From positions 46,254,001-46,318,000 of the forward strand of contig NC_086108.1 in the NCBI RefSeq assembly GCF_963921235.1: DNA of 64,000 nucleotides, read 5' to 3'. The translations under genes were made by a program, and so were the position numbers. The notes under the pieces are model-generated. The model had not been told where the DNA came from. It worked only from the letters and a program-made list of their open reading frames with translations, and did no database searches. The DNA comes from Mobula hypostoma. Its lineage: Eukaryota. Positions within the stretch are counted from its first letter, which is position 1, and every line of letters starts with the position of its first letter. Positions 51,329 through 63,912 of this stretch are shown here, one piece after another.

Positions 51329-53044
51329 GTGAGATGAAGCTTATGGATGGATCGGGCAGTGTCTTCTTCTGTATTACACTGAGTACACTCCTCACCATCT
51401 GGAAACACAAATGATTTCCTGAATGGGAATTGAAATGTTTCAGCTGAAAGGGCAACTGTCTTTATTGGTTTTGTCTTTAGACTTTAATACAGTAGGCAAT
51501 AATGCAGATACCATCTTTTTATTTTCTCCCTATGATGAGCTTAGAAAGTAGATTGCAGGGTGTGCACTGGTTCACAATCTTCACAGCCTCCACTCTGTAC
51601 TGATGAAGGCTTAGTCCACTTACTTGAAAGGTAAATATTTGTGGTGTTGTGGGGAGAGAGCAGGAAGCAGCACAGGCTGAACTCCTCTTGCACAGAGATA
51701 GCACGATCTCATTGGACTAAACAGAAACTGACCATACGGTAGCCAATCTGTGATTCTGATGGTGAAGCTGTGGAGGATTAAGTGGATAACAGTGAGGGAT
51801 CTGATTCTCTCTACTGCAGGCACCCCCACAAGGGTCAGATCAGAGTCTCATTTTCTGGAGTCCTATAGCATTCTCCTCTAGGCTTCTAGATTGGGGTTAG
51901 TCCAGTGGCCATTGTTCTAATGACACTGATCTGTATTTGCTGGCATATAGACAAGAGTCAGAAGTTAAGATATGGTCCTCTCTTGAGGAATGGTAGTTAA
52001 CATGATGGTTGAAGAATTGTGTGAAGACCTTGCCTACACAGCATTGTGCATGAGTAGTAGTTTGTCATGGTCAACAGAGAGCTTGCGCTGAGGGAGAGAT
52101 AAACCTTATGAATCATCTGGAGGTCTTGGTTCTGAAGGAAAGACCAAAGCTCCACAGAATTGTAGCTTATTACTTGATATACTTCTGGAGATTTGTGTAT
52201 CACTCAGCCCAAAGCTCAAAAAAAGGGGGAAAAGCTGTGCATCATGGGAGCAGCCACCACAACTAGAACGACTTGGAGGGTAGTGAGTCTAGAGTGACTA
52301 CCACCTTCATACTTAGGACTTTATTCCGTAGAATGTAGGAGCTTGGGGTGGCAGGGGAGGGGTAACCTGATAGACTTACTATATAAGTTCCTGAGAGGCA
52401 TAGACAAATTGAAAGCACATATTCTTTTTCCCAGGGACAGGATACTAAGAACAAGAGATTTAAATGGGACATCAGGTGCAGTTTCTTTACATATGGTGCA
52501 TATTTGCCAGAAATCATGGATGAGGTGGGAATCTTAATGAATCTAGATAACCACATGGATAAAAGAGGTTTAGAGAGCAATGGGCCAAATATGGGCAAAT
52601 AGGACCAGACTATGGGCCACACAGTCAACGTAGATGAGTTGGGGCAAAGGGGCTGTTTCCATGCTCAATGACTCTATGATTCAGTACAAGTGACATCTAT
52701 CAGATTGCAGTGGGGAAATCTGAAAGCAACACAGTCTATGAAAGAGCTTTGGATTATTAACAACAGCTGGATTTTTGTGTTCATCTTTACATGGTCAAAA
52801 TGTTACTGTTGGAATGATGAGGGTAAATAGCAGCACTTTCACTTCCACTGTTAATGACATAAATCAGGTTTATTCCAAACTATAAAATTAATTGCAAGTT
52901 AATTATAAAATTATATTTGCAATTGGATTGTAACTGAAATATCACACATGAGAACCACCCTTGAATCTGCAGTCATTGACCAGGCTAATACGGTTCTCTG
53001 TTTAAATGGTCTCTGACATGTCCTGACAGAGGTTCTGTGCTTAC

Positions 53045-53149
53045 CATGTTCACATTCTGACCCACTGAACCCTTCATTGCACTGGCAGGTATAATTTCCT
53101 ATCGTTTCCACACATTCTCCATTTTCACACGAAGTAGGTTTGCATGAAG
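53045..53149 (-). CDS. Selectin EGF-like domain exon
   Basis: 105 bp, phase 1-1, donor gtaagc; [35 protein letters not shown] with the selectin GECxETIxNYTC signature. Confidence 0.95.
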
Positions 53150-55382
53150 CTGTCAAGAGAAAACAAGACATGTACATGTCCACAGAAACTACAATCCTAA
53201 AGAAGGACTCTTTACATATCCATTTTACTAACCATAATCGGAGCACATTTTGCCAAATTCAAGTGTCTGCTGCCCAAATTTCCAAAACTACACTTTAAAA
53301 ATTGTAAAGACATCAACAGTGTAGACCCAGATTTCCGATGTGTACTCCCAGAGTGAAGGGTCTCCTTTATTAATAAAGCAACGTCCTAATACTATTTTTT
53401 CCAGGTGTAATAAAATGTTTATTTTCTGTTGATTGGGGTGCTGATCCTGATTTTCATTACTTAATCCTGAAGTCTACCATCTTATATTTCTGTTTGCACT
53501 CAATAAAAGTTGATCAATTTCATTCACTTATCCTAAAAGATTAATCCTACCATTTAACATCCTTGAAGTTAAGAAATATATTTGTAAGCATCTCCACAGG
53601 GGAATAAATAAGCGCAGATTTTTAAGCACTCACTGTGTGATTAGATTAGAATAGAATTAGACCCACTAACTATCAGTCTTTATTGTGTCATTATGTTTAT
53701 TTTGTTGCTTATTTTGCATACATGCAAGTTATGTATAATTTGTTAATTTACATTTACATTAGTTATGTTTGTCTTCATCTTGTAATGTACTGTGCTGCAC
53801 AAAGCTCATTTTCATGGGTTGTGAATCTGTGGAATTCATTACCACAGATGGCTATGGACGCCAAATCATTGGGTATATTTACAGCGGAGGTTGATAAATT
53901 CTTGATTCGCAAGGGTGTCAATGATTATGGAGAAGAAGGGGGGACATTGGGTTGAGAGGGATAATAAGTCAGCCGTGATGGAATGGGATAGCAGGCGCAA
54001 TGGGTCAAATGGCCTAATTCTGCTTCTATCACTTATGGTCTTATGGTATTATGGCATTTATACGCCATGTAGAACAATAAACTTGAACTTGAATCTTCAT
54101 CATGAAAATGGAAGTAAAACTAGGAATGATATCGAAACCTCTTCTTGTCATTACTCTGTGAAATCTTCAGGAAAATGTATGTGTCAACATTACAGGCTGA
54201 CCAGTGTAACAAAATGGTTCTATTTTTATAGATGCCATAAGTTGATTTTGTCCATAAGTCGGAAAATCACTTGTTATTCTAACTATATAGTACCTCCAGA
54301 CTATTGTAATGAATGATATCAAAAGCACACAGGTCTGACGAGAAAGAGCAATTATTAAAAGTAGAGAGAGCACAGAAGCTGGTTCTGCTGATCATAAGAA
54401 CAAATGTACTTTAATTTTACTTTAATAATATCATGGGAGCTCAAATGTACTGTATGTGGACGTGTTCATAAATTAGGTATTTGGTAACTAGGAGGATGAT
54501 CTGTATGTAAGAGTACAGGGTGATTAATAAATATTTTTAAATAGATTATTTTTGAAGCATTAAAACTGTACTGAAAATAAAGTGAAAGAGTGAAAAAAAT
54601 AATAATGCAAAGCCCATTATATTTCATTAGTTGATTTTTTTTCTGTTGCCCTCTTGTCAACCCAGTAATTTTTGTTATCCTCACTTGCCTTTGAAAACAT
54701 ACACAGAAAATTTATACACCAAAGGCAAATTGAAAATGGGAATGTCAAGAAAATATGAATACAATTATTTAAAATATTCAGTATTTTCTTGATGAAATTC
54801 ATTGAAAACAGAAACTTTGAAAAACTACTCAAAGAAGAATAAGTGAAAAATTGCAAAATCTGCAATGCCGGCTTAGAAGAAGCAGTTACAGTTGTGGCTG
54901 GATCAAGAGGCAAGCTTCCTCTAGGATGTTCTTACTGAAGCGTACATAACTAAACATCCCAAACACACCAGCTGGACAACATCCTGCGACCATAGCACAG
55001 GGCCTTGCTGTGAGGTTGAATCAGATTTTATGGAATAAGTTGCCCTTGGGATATCTATACTAAGTAATCACAATCTAATTTATAAATTTGAAACAGCTAC
55101 AAGTTCTTGCCTGAGGCCCTTCATTAGTTATCACACCACATTAGCAGCTTAGGAAAACATCTTACATTTAATGAAAACTAATCAGCAACTACCCTTCACT
55201 AATGGCATGCTGATCTACTTGCTGCTGCTGAATATATAGTTAGCTGACCAACGTTAAGAAAGCTGGAGCATTAAGATCCAATTGGCAGTCCTGGCATCAA
55301 ATTGGCACTGCATGCTCAATTTTTTCGTAACTAATTTTAAACTCCAAATACATTTAAAAGGACTAGGCCAACAGAATCTTAC

Positions 55383-55766
55383 CCAAGTAGCATAGAGCTC
55401 GTTTCTGTCTTTCTGTACAGGGATCGTTGTTCCATCTTCCTGCATCTCTGTCTCTCTTTATATAGATTTCCACACAATCCTCTCCCCCTGGAGTTGGTTC
55501 ACCTTGCGCCCAGTTTTCTGCTTTCTTGTCCAGTGATTTATTTGTTCCAACCCAGGTCCAAACACCAGCAATCTTCCTTATCCCAATCCAGTAGTAAGTT
55601 GGATTTCTCGGTATCACCTGATTTAGATGATTAATTTCCTCTTGGTTCTGAATTGCAACCAGGTCGGTGTAGTGGTTTTGGCAGTATACTCTGGCCTCTG
55701 GCCATGTCATATTTGATTGTGAATATTCATAATTCCATGTCTGGGCTCCCTCCCAACCTACAAATG
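55383..55766 (-). CDS. Selectin C-type lectin domain exon
   Basis: 384 bp, phase 1-1; WNYEYS...YTDLVAIQNQEEI...YYWIGIRK...WTWVGTNK...AENWAQGEP...EDCVEIYIKR...RALCY. Confidence 0.97.
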
Positions 55767-56074
55767 CTGTGAAAGCAAAAACATTTGCAATAAAATTGAG
55801 AATTCTGGGCATAGACAAGAGATTCAACAGCATCTGTAAAGTAAAAAGTTGTGTCTTGGATTTTGCACCAATAGCAGAGCTGGCCTTGAAATAGTCTCAG
55901 TGACCTACTGTACATGGTGCGGTCTTCCCTTTCTCCAACATGATCTGCTGTTGAAAATTGATTCGAAGGGATTCCTTACAACTCGAATGACAGCAAGCCA
56001 TCTGAAGAGCCAATCACATTAAAGAGGAAACACTCTGGTGTCCAAGAGGAAGAAAGTCACAACTGATAACCTGG

Positions 56075-56728
56075 GAGGGGGAGAAGATGGCGGCGTGACG
56101 GCAGTGCGCGCGGCCACTTCAGTGATGAATACATGTTATCTGTCGAGTAGGGGACCGTGCACAATTCTGATTTGATGGAGACAGACGTGAGAGTACGGAG
56201 GAACATCTGGAAAACTTCTGAAATGCCCGCTTCGCTGCCGCTGCTACTGTGTGGTAACCGGAATCTCCAGAGCTCAAGGCCCCGAAATCCTCGGCTTTGC
56301 GTGTTTCAGTGGCCGGGGAGAGGTTGAAGGCGCTCGGGAGGCTGTATCGGAGGGGCTGGTCAGAGGCTCAAAGTTTTCGGACGGACGGACTCAGTGTCGG
56401 CTGTGGTCGGCTGCTTCCAAGGCATCAGCCAGCTGACGGTACCTGGAGGTTTATGGAGTTTCTCCCTTTTGCCGCCTGCTATCAGGGACTCGGGACTTTG
56501 AGACATTTTACTGTGCCCTTGGTCTGTTCTTCATCAAATTATGGTATTGCTTTGCACTGCTGTAACTATATGTTATAATTATGTGGTTCTGTCAGTGTTA
56601 GTCTTTGGTTTGTTGTTTTCTGTGATATCACTCCGGAGAAACATTGTATCATTTCTTAATGCATGTATGCATTTCTAAATGACAATAAAAGAGGACTGAC
56701 TGTTCTCATAATCTGATCTAAAAAAAAA
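56075..56728 (+). mobile_element. Non-autonomous retroposon (SINE-like or internally deleted Rex-type element)
   Basis: CpG-rich 5' end starting AAGATGGCGGC; T-rich 3' part with GACAATAAAAG and an A-tail; no TSD found. Confidence 0.6.
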
Positions 56729-57099
56729 CGATGAAACACATGCAACAAGACGGGTGGTCGCAGAATCTGTTGAGGTGAGAAACTCAGTATGATGGAGCTC
56801 AACATTAAAAAGGGAAATAATGAAATAATCATATTTGTAAAGCACTTTCCATGACCTCTATACATATCAAAGCAATCTGAAACCAATGGATTGTGGTCAT
56901 TGTTGCAGTAAAGACCAAAGAGCGGCCTATCATGATTATATTGAAGTATGGAGCAGGTTCAGTGTGTCAGATTATCTACTCCTGCTCATATTTCTGTGCT
57001 CTTATGGGAGTTAAAACTTGATCAGGATACTGGGGATAATTTCCGTTCTCTTCTTTAAAGTTTTCCTTTGAAGCCTTTACACCCATTATAAATCAGAGC

Positions 57100-57562
57100 A
57101 CAGTGTACAGGAGATGGGATGTTACATTGAAATTGTATAAGACATTGGTGAAGCCAAATTTGGAGTGTTGTGTGCAGTTCTGGTCAGCTATCTGCAAGAA
57201 ATATATCTATATGCTCGAAAGAGTACAAAGAAAATTTACAAGGATGTTGCTGGGTCATAATGTCCTGAGTTATAGGAAAAGGCTGAATAGCTTAAGATTT
57301 TATTCGCTGGAGCGTAGGAGAATGAGGAGAGATCTTTTAGAGGTATAAAAATTATGAGTGGTACAGATAGGGTGAATACATACAGGCCCTTTCTCTTCAT
57401 GTTGGGTTAGACTAGAACTAGAGGACTTAGGTTTGGGGTGAAAAGTGAAATATTGAAGAGGAATCTGAGGGGAAACTATTTCACTCAGGGGGTGGTGTGA
57501 GAGTGAAATGAGCTGTCAATAGAAGTGGTAGACACTGGTTCAATTTTAGCATTTAAGAGAAG
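57100..57562 (+). mobile_element. CR1 3' fragment, interrupted by a Rex element and resuming at ~58548-58760
   Basis: ORF 57103-57348 LYKTLVKPNLECCVQFWS...LERVQRKFTRML. Confidence 0.85.
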
Positions 57563-58547
57563 CTCTCCCTCTACAATCACTCCGAGCACCGGTGCCCCAC
57601 AAGGCTGTGTACTCAGCCCCCTGCTGTACTCACTGTACACCCATGATTGTGTAGCCAAGTTTCCATTGAACTCAATATATAAGTTTGCTGATGACACAAC
57701 AATTGTAGGCCGTATCTCGGGTAATGATGAGTTTGAGTACAGAGAGGAAATTAAGAACCTGGTGGCATGGTGCAAAGACAATAACCTATCCTTCGACATC
57801 AGCAAGACGAAGGAATTGGTTGTTGACTTCAGAAGGAGTAGCGGACCGCATGACCCAATTTACATCGGTGGTGCGCAAGTGAAACAGGTCAAAAGCTTTA
57901 AGTTCCTCGGGGTAAATATAACAAATGACCTGACTTGGACCAGCCAAGCAGAGTCCACTGCCAAGAAGGCCCACCAGTGCCTTTACTTCCTGAGAAAACT
58001 AAAGAAATTTGGCCTGTCCCCAAAAACCCTCACTAATTTTTATAGATGCACTGTAGAAAGCATTCTTCTGGTGTACATCACAACCTGGTATGGAAGTTGT
58101 CCTGTCCAAGACCGGAAGAAGCTGCAGAAGATCGTGAACATGGTGCAGCACATCACACAAACCAATCTTTCATCCTTGGACTCACTTCACACCGCACGCT
58201 GTCGGAGCAGTGCTGCCAGGATAATCAAGGACACGACCCACCCAGCCAACGCACTTTTCATCCCTCTTCCCTCCGAGAGAAGGCTCAGGAACTTGAAGAC
58301 TCGTACGGCCAGATTTGAGAACAGTACAGATCTGGGTCGTACCCTCCAAATATCCGGACCTGCCTCTCGGTTTTTTTGTACTACCTTACTTTCCCTTTTC
58401 TATTTTCTATTTATGATTTATAATTTAAATTTTTAATATTTACTATCGATTTGTACTCCAGGGAGCAGGAAGCGCAGAATCAAATATCGCTGTGATGATT
58501 GTACATTCTAGTATCAATTGTTTGGCGACAATAAAGTATAAAGTAAA
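57563..58547 (+). mobile_element. Young Rex1/Babar LINE 3' portion
   Basis: Open frame TGAPQGCVLSPLLYSLYTHDC...KFADDTTIVG...FKFLGVNI...FYRCTVESIL; tail AATAAAGTATAAAGTAAAG. Confidence 0.92.
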
Positions 58548-58977
58548 GTTTGAATAGGTATACAGATAAGAAAGATATAATAGAAAATAGGTGCAGGAGT
58601 AGGCCATTCGGCCCTTCGAGCCTGCACCGCCATTTATTATGATCATATGGAGGGGTATGGACTGGGTGCCGATAGATGGGATTAGGTAGAAACTAAGCTG
58701 GCACAGAAAAGATGGGCCAAAGAGCCCGTTTCTGGGTTGTAGTGGTCTACGATCCTATGAATTATGACAGCCTCTAACAGAAGGTTCATGCATATTCTTG
58801 ATGCTATGCTGAAGATTCAGCCTGGATTTTACCCTCAGAGCTCAAAACAGGATATGAAGCTACGTAGATATGAACAAGGAAAATGTGTTGATTTTAACTT
58901 CTTTTCCTGTTTCAAAAAAGAGAGAATCTATGCCAAAATCACAATATTTTCCGAGAAATGGAAAAGTAATAATGTAC

Positions 58978-59044
58978 CATATATGACAACCAAAAGCCCA
59001 GCATGAGAAACACTCTTCTGAACCCAGATTTTGACACGGAACGC
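58978..59044 (-). CDS. Selectin signal-peptide exon: AFRVKIWVQKSVSHAGLLVVIY
   Basis: 67 bp; acceptor tttttttctttcaatag; phase 0 start and phase 1 end, which joins an ATG-only exon to the lectin exon in frame and gives ...GLLVVIYAFVGWEGAQT/WNY. Confidence 0.8.
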
Positions 59045-59219
59045 CTATTGAAAGAAAAAAAACATTAAATTTCTTCATGTAAATAATAAATGAACAAAAC
59101 ATATACATAACATTGCAAAATACATACAGGTATTATATATTATTTATCTTGATGTATTAACCAAATTTTACACTACATTCTACGCCTCAAACTCATTGAT
59201 AATAATGTCTTCATCACAT

Positions 59220-59530
59220 CCTTCCCCATACTCAACAAAAGTGTCACCACACTCTTCCCTGCACTCACTGAGTGTTATTACAGCCCTCCCCTCACTCACC
59301 GAGAGTGTCACCCCTCCCCACACTCACCGGGAGTTTCATCACACCCCTCCCTGGGCTCAACAAAACCCACACCCACACTCACTGGCAGAGTCACCACCCT
59401 GCGTTCTCTCCAGGAGTGACAACCCGCTCCTGCACTCACAGACAGACTGTGAAACCCCTCCAAACACTTGCTTAGAGCCACAGCAATGCACACAGTTATT
59501 GTAAGATAATTCTCATCAACTCACTCACCT
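59220..59530. repeat. Degenerate C/A-rich low-complexity repeat
   Basis: Recurring cactcac / agtgtcacc / ccctccc units. Confidence 0.5.
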
Positions 59531-60528
59531 TCTGCCCCTTCGTCTCATTCTAAATTTGCCCTCTAACACTCAGGGCAGAAGTAGGATTCTCTCTGGGTCA
59601 GAGAGTGACACATCTCTGGATCGAGACTTTCCTCATGGACATCCCAGTGGTTTACCCCCTTGTGCTGGTGTCAGCAGAGCAGCTTATTATCTCTATGGTA
59701 GGTAATCATCTTATGCTCCTTCCACAGGCCTTCCTCCTATATTGAAATGAGCGCTCAATCTAAAGCGTGCGCAGGACACCCCTCGCCAGGTTACTGCACG
59801 CTCCCTATGACCATACTAGATATGCTGCCCTTATCAATCAGGCAGAGAAAACCAGGCTGCCCCAGAGGAGGCTGAGATGGTGCAGAAGGGCATCTTGTGC
59901 CATTGCATCTATCCTCTCCAAGCAGCAGCTCAGAAGCAGACTATGCAAAAGGAGGCTGTACAGTCACACTGGAGAAGGGTTTATAATGCTGGATTTAAAT
60001 GAAGAAGTACAGGAAGAGGCATGAGTGAGCCTGGGCACCTGAGAGAGCTTGTCGCCTGTTCGTATGCCTTTGTAATCCCATGATAGTTGCTGCTAATGTA
60101 ACTGCTACAGATGCCACTCGTACAAGATCATTCAAAGGTTTAAAGAATCTCCCAAAATGATGTAGGTAATCCATTGAATGCCTATAATTCAGTGCCTGTT
60201 GCCTTTTAAGGACATGGTCAAAGATACATCAGCTTGGCCCTCCTCGCCATAGGAAACAATGAAATTTCACTACTTTGCCAGCTATAGGAAAGTGGGCACC
60301 AGTTTGCCCTAACTCTTCCTAAGTCCCATATATAGGAACTGATTTAGTCTCAACGGCAGTTAAGAAAAATGACAATGATCTATTTAACAAAATATAACCT
60401 TCTAAAACAGAAAATGAGTTACAAATTAGAAACTGGTTTAATCCCAGCAGCTGCTATGCAAATAACAAAAATCCATTTTAAAAACCCTCTGAAACAGAAA
60501 ATGAGACAAAATAATATATAAAACCTAC

Positions 60529-60531
60529 CAT
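60529..60531 (-). CDS. Selectin start codon at the 3' end of exon 1 (ATG|gtaggt)
   Basis: ccctgaaATG|gtaggttt; an ATG-only coding exon is also the arrangement in mammalian SELP/SELL; phase 0 matches the next exon. Confidence 0.65.
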
Positions 60532-60730
60532 TTCAGGGAAAAGTTCTGCCTTTGATTTCTTCTCCCTGCTTTTCCCTCTGTTGGTGTTTTGATAGTTATA
60601 AGAGCTTCATGTTATGTTGCCTGTACAGAAACTCAGAGCAGCACAGTGACTGTTGGTGAGTCTGATGTCTCTGACCACGAATGAAACCTCCCTGTCATCA
60701 GATTCTCTAATGAGAAAACTTCCTGCAGAC
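60532..60730 (-). promoter_or_regulatory. Putative selectin 5' UTR / proximal promoter
   Basis: Unique non-repeat sequence; TTATAA at 60596-60601 next to a GATA-like site; ETS core CAGGAAGT (minus strand) at 60718-60725. Confidence 0.4.
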
Positions 60731-61242
60731 TTGGTGAAAGAAAATGTTTCTGCAACAGAAAAGTTAAGCACCAATTGCTGCTGAACACAGTTTTAATCAA
60801 TTACCAAATCATTTATATTCAGAAACCAACTTTTAATCAAGCAGTTTGTTGACAACACGCGCAATAAATTTGTAGAAATATGCCATGATACTTTAAACTG
60901 CAGCTATGTAGTTGGAAGCAACACTCTTAATTATTTTATTTAAGAAAGAATTTCAAAGTAGAAAATTGAATTCAGAAAGAAGATTACTTGCAATATCCTG
61001 AATTCAGGATTGCTCAATTAAGACCCTTAAAGAGATGCACAATATTTTAGACCATTTAACTGTCCCTAAATTCTGAAGATACGGGCAGAATTATTCTGTT
61101 GATTGAAATATTGAGGTAGAGCAATTTGATTGTACTCATTTTGTATTGATGATGGCATGAAAGTCAGGTTAAGGATTTGTACGTGAAAATTTCAGGAAAT
61201 GATTCTGATGATCCAATAGCACCTAACCAGACCTTTATTTCT

Positions 61243-61760
61243 TTCACAAACAAGAGAAAATCTTCCGATACCGGAAATCCAAGCAGCGCACACAAAGTGC
61301 TGGAGGAATTCAGCAGGCCAGGCAGCATTGAAAGAAAAGAGTACAGTCAATGTTTCAGGCTGAGACCCTTACTGGAGAAAAAGAGATGAGGAGTCAGAGT
61401 TAGATGGTGGGGCGAGGGGAGGGAGAAACACAAGGTAATAGGTGAAACCGGGAGAGGGGGAGGGGCAAAGTAAAGAGCCGGGAAGTTGACTGGTGAAAGA
61501 GATACAGGGCTGGAGAAGGAGTAATCTGATAGGAGAGGACAGAAGGCCATAGGAGAAAGAAAGAGAGAGAGAAGCATCTGAGGGAGGCGATGGGCAGGCA
61601 AGAAGTTAAGGTGAGAGAGGGAAATGGGAATGGGGAATAGAGAAGGAGGGGGGCCCATTACTAGAAGTTTGAGAAATCAATGTTCATGTCATCAGGTTGG
61701 AGGCTACCCAGAGGGAACATGAGGTGCTGCTCCTCCAACCTGAGTGTGGTCTCCTCTACT
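61243..61760 (-). mobile_element. Penelope-like element 3' remnant
   Basis: EETTLRLEEQHLMFPLGSLQPDDMNIDFSNF* followed by a pyrimidine-rich UTR and a degenerate AAGGGTCTCAGCCTGAAAC hammerhead stem. Confidence 0.8.
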
Positions 61761-61779
61761 GTCACGATGAGGCTACACA

Positions 61780-62420
61780 AACATGTAGTAGACTGTATCT
61801 CAAATAACAATAAGTCAGAGTACAGGATGCAAATAGTAACCTTTCCTTCAATGTTAATAGAACAAAATAGCTGGCCATTGACTTTAGGAAGAGAAGAGCT
61901 GCAAATGATCCTGTTTCCATTTACAGTGCAGAGGTCGAGAAGGTTGAAAGCTTCAAGTTCCTGGGAATGAACATCTCCAATAGCCTGCTCTGGTCTATCT
62001 ACATAGATGCCATGGCCAAGAAAGTGCACCAGCACGTCTACGTCCTTAGGATTCTGAAGATATTTGGCATGTCCACTTTGATCCTCACCAATTTTTAGTG
62101 ATGCATTTCTCTATATGCATCAAGTTTTCATATTACAATAACACTGCCCATGATCACAAGAAACTGCAGAAAGTTGTGGACCCAGCTCAGCATATTACAG
62201 GTTCCCTGGTATGTTAAGATGCACTCTGGATCTAACAAATTACTTTGTTATGAAGCTGCATCTTATTGACTACCAGTACTACACTTTATCCATAACTGCT
62301 CTTCAACCAGAGGGGATAACTTCACACATTCCAACACAGAACTGTTCCCACAACCTATGAACTCACTATCAAGGGCTCTTCATCTCGTGTTCTCAATATT
62401 GACTGTTTATTTATTTATTA
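61780..62420 (+). mobile_element. Rex/Babar-type 3' fragment (decayed)
   Basis: gaggtcgagaaggttgaaagcttcaagttcctggga; gccaagaaagtgcaccagc; aagaaactgcagaaagttgtgga. Confidence 0.7.
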
Positions 62421-62817
62421 GATTATAGCTATTGTATTTTTATTCTTTCTCAGCTCAAGCTGGTAAAATTTGAGGTATAGCCAAGCACACTCATTTCTCA
62501 ATTTCTAGGAACATTCAGCCTATTCAATTAGTCATTAGTATTATGACTTTCTGGAGATTTACTGTACTGTATATAAATATTGCTGTGTAGGCTTAATTGT
62601 TTAATGCTATTGTGTAGTGACTTTGGGTTGACACTAGTTGTAGATATTACTATTGGGAAAATGTATACCCTGTTCATGTTCCAGTCTTTCCAATTTCCTC
62701 TTTTAATTTAGCATACTTCTGTCATTTTTCACTTATTCATTTCTCTATGTTGTGTATGTTTCGAAGGGCTCTATCTATTAAGTAAATTGTTCTTATTTTT
62801 TATCCTGCATTATCCTG

Positions 62818-63912
62818 ATAGAGCGTTGGCTGATTGGCAGGAAACAGAGAGTGGGAATAAAGGGATCCTATTCTGGTTGGCTGCCGGTTACCAGTGGTGT
62901 TCCACAGGGATCAGTGTTGGGGCCACTTCTTTTTACATTGTACATCAACGATTTGGATTATGGAATAGATGGCTTTCTGGCTAAGTTTGCTGAGGATACG
63001 AAGATAGGTGGAGGGGCCGGTAGTGCTGCGGAAACGGAGAGTCTGCAGAGAGAGTTGGATGGATTGGAAGAATGGGCAGAGAAGTGGCAAATGAAGTACA
63101 ATGTTGGAAAGTGTATGGTTATGCACTTTGACAGAAAAAATAAACGGGCAGACTATTATTTAAATGGGGAAAGAATTCAAAGTTCTGAGACGCAACGGGA
63201 CTTTGGAGTCCTCGTACAGGATACTCTTAAAGTTAACCTCCAGGTTGAGTCAGTAGTGAAGAAGGCGAATGCAATGTTGGCTTTCATTTCTAGAGGAATA
63301 GAGTATAGGAGCAGGGATGTGATGTTGAGGCTCTATAAGGCGCTGGTGAGACCTCACTTGGAATACTGTGGGCAGTTTTGGTCTCCTTATTTAAGAAAGG
63401 ATGTGCTGACGTTGGAGAGGGTACAGAGAAGATTCACAGAATGATTCCGGGAATGAGAGGGTTAACATATGAGGAACGTTTGTCCGCTCGGACTGTATTC
63501 CTTGGAGTTTAGAAGAATGAGGGGAGACCTCATAGAAACATTTTGAATGTTGAAAGGCATGGACAGAGTGGATGTGGCAAAGTTGTTTCCCATGATGGGG
63601 GAGTCTAGTACGAGAGGGCATGACTTAAGGATTGAAGGGCGCCCATTCAGAACAGAAATGCGAAGAAATTTTTTTAGTCAGAGGGTGGTGAATCTATGGA
63701 ATTTGTTGCCACGGGCAGCAGTGGAGGCCAAGTCATTGGGTGTATTTAAGGCAGAGATTGATAGGTGTCTGAGCAGCCAGGGCATCAAAGGTTATGGTGA
63801 GAAGGCAGGGGAGTGGGACTAAATAGGAGAATGGATCAGCTCATGATAAAATGGTGGAGCAGACTCAATGGGCCAAATGGCCGACTTCTGCTCTTTTGTC
63901 TTATGGTCTTAT
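62818..63912 (+). mobile_element. CR1 LINE 3' portion, same subfamily as 38843-43152
   Basis: ORFs 62851-63444 and 63547-63822 are nearly identical to 42091-42942; same tail. Confidence 0.95.

Larger units (their letters stand above)
18242..60531 (-). other. Selectin gene span (E/P/L subtype not assignable): 11 coding exons, 541 aa
   Basis: Exons 60531-60529, 59044-58978, 55766-55383, 53149-53045, 49108-48923, 46428-46243, 45168-44983, 44309-44124, 29313-29128, 24821-24711 and 18267-18242 splice in frame (1626 nt) with the canonical lectin-EGF-SCR-TM-tail order. Confidence 0.9.

Noticed and set aside
50060..53044. Search for an additional sushi exon between the EGF exon and SCR1
   Set aside because: No Cys-patterned 186-bp exon seen by eye; the region holds a short LTR, CR1 debris and unique intron
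57525..58436. 303-aa RT-like ORF as a possible domesticated gene
   Set aside because: Chimeric frame across a CR1/Rex junction; a 5'-truncated young Rex copy with a retrotransposon tail
59529..59560. Alternative first exon ending ATG AGA CGA AGG GGC AGA AG|gtgagt
   Set aside because: Phase 2 end is incompatible with the phase-0 signal-peptide exon, and the donor lies in a cactcac low-complexity repeat
59700..60060. Possible Harbinger transposase remnant / 85-aa ORF
   Set aside because: Similarity too weak to support without a profile search
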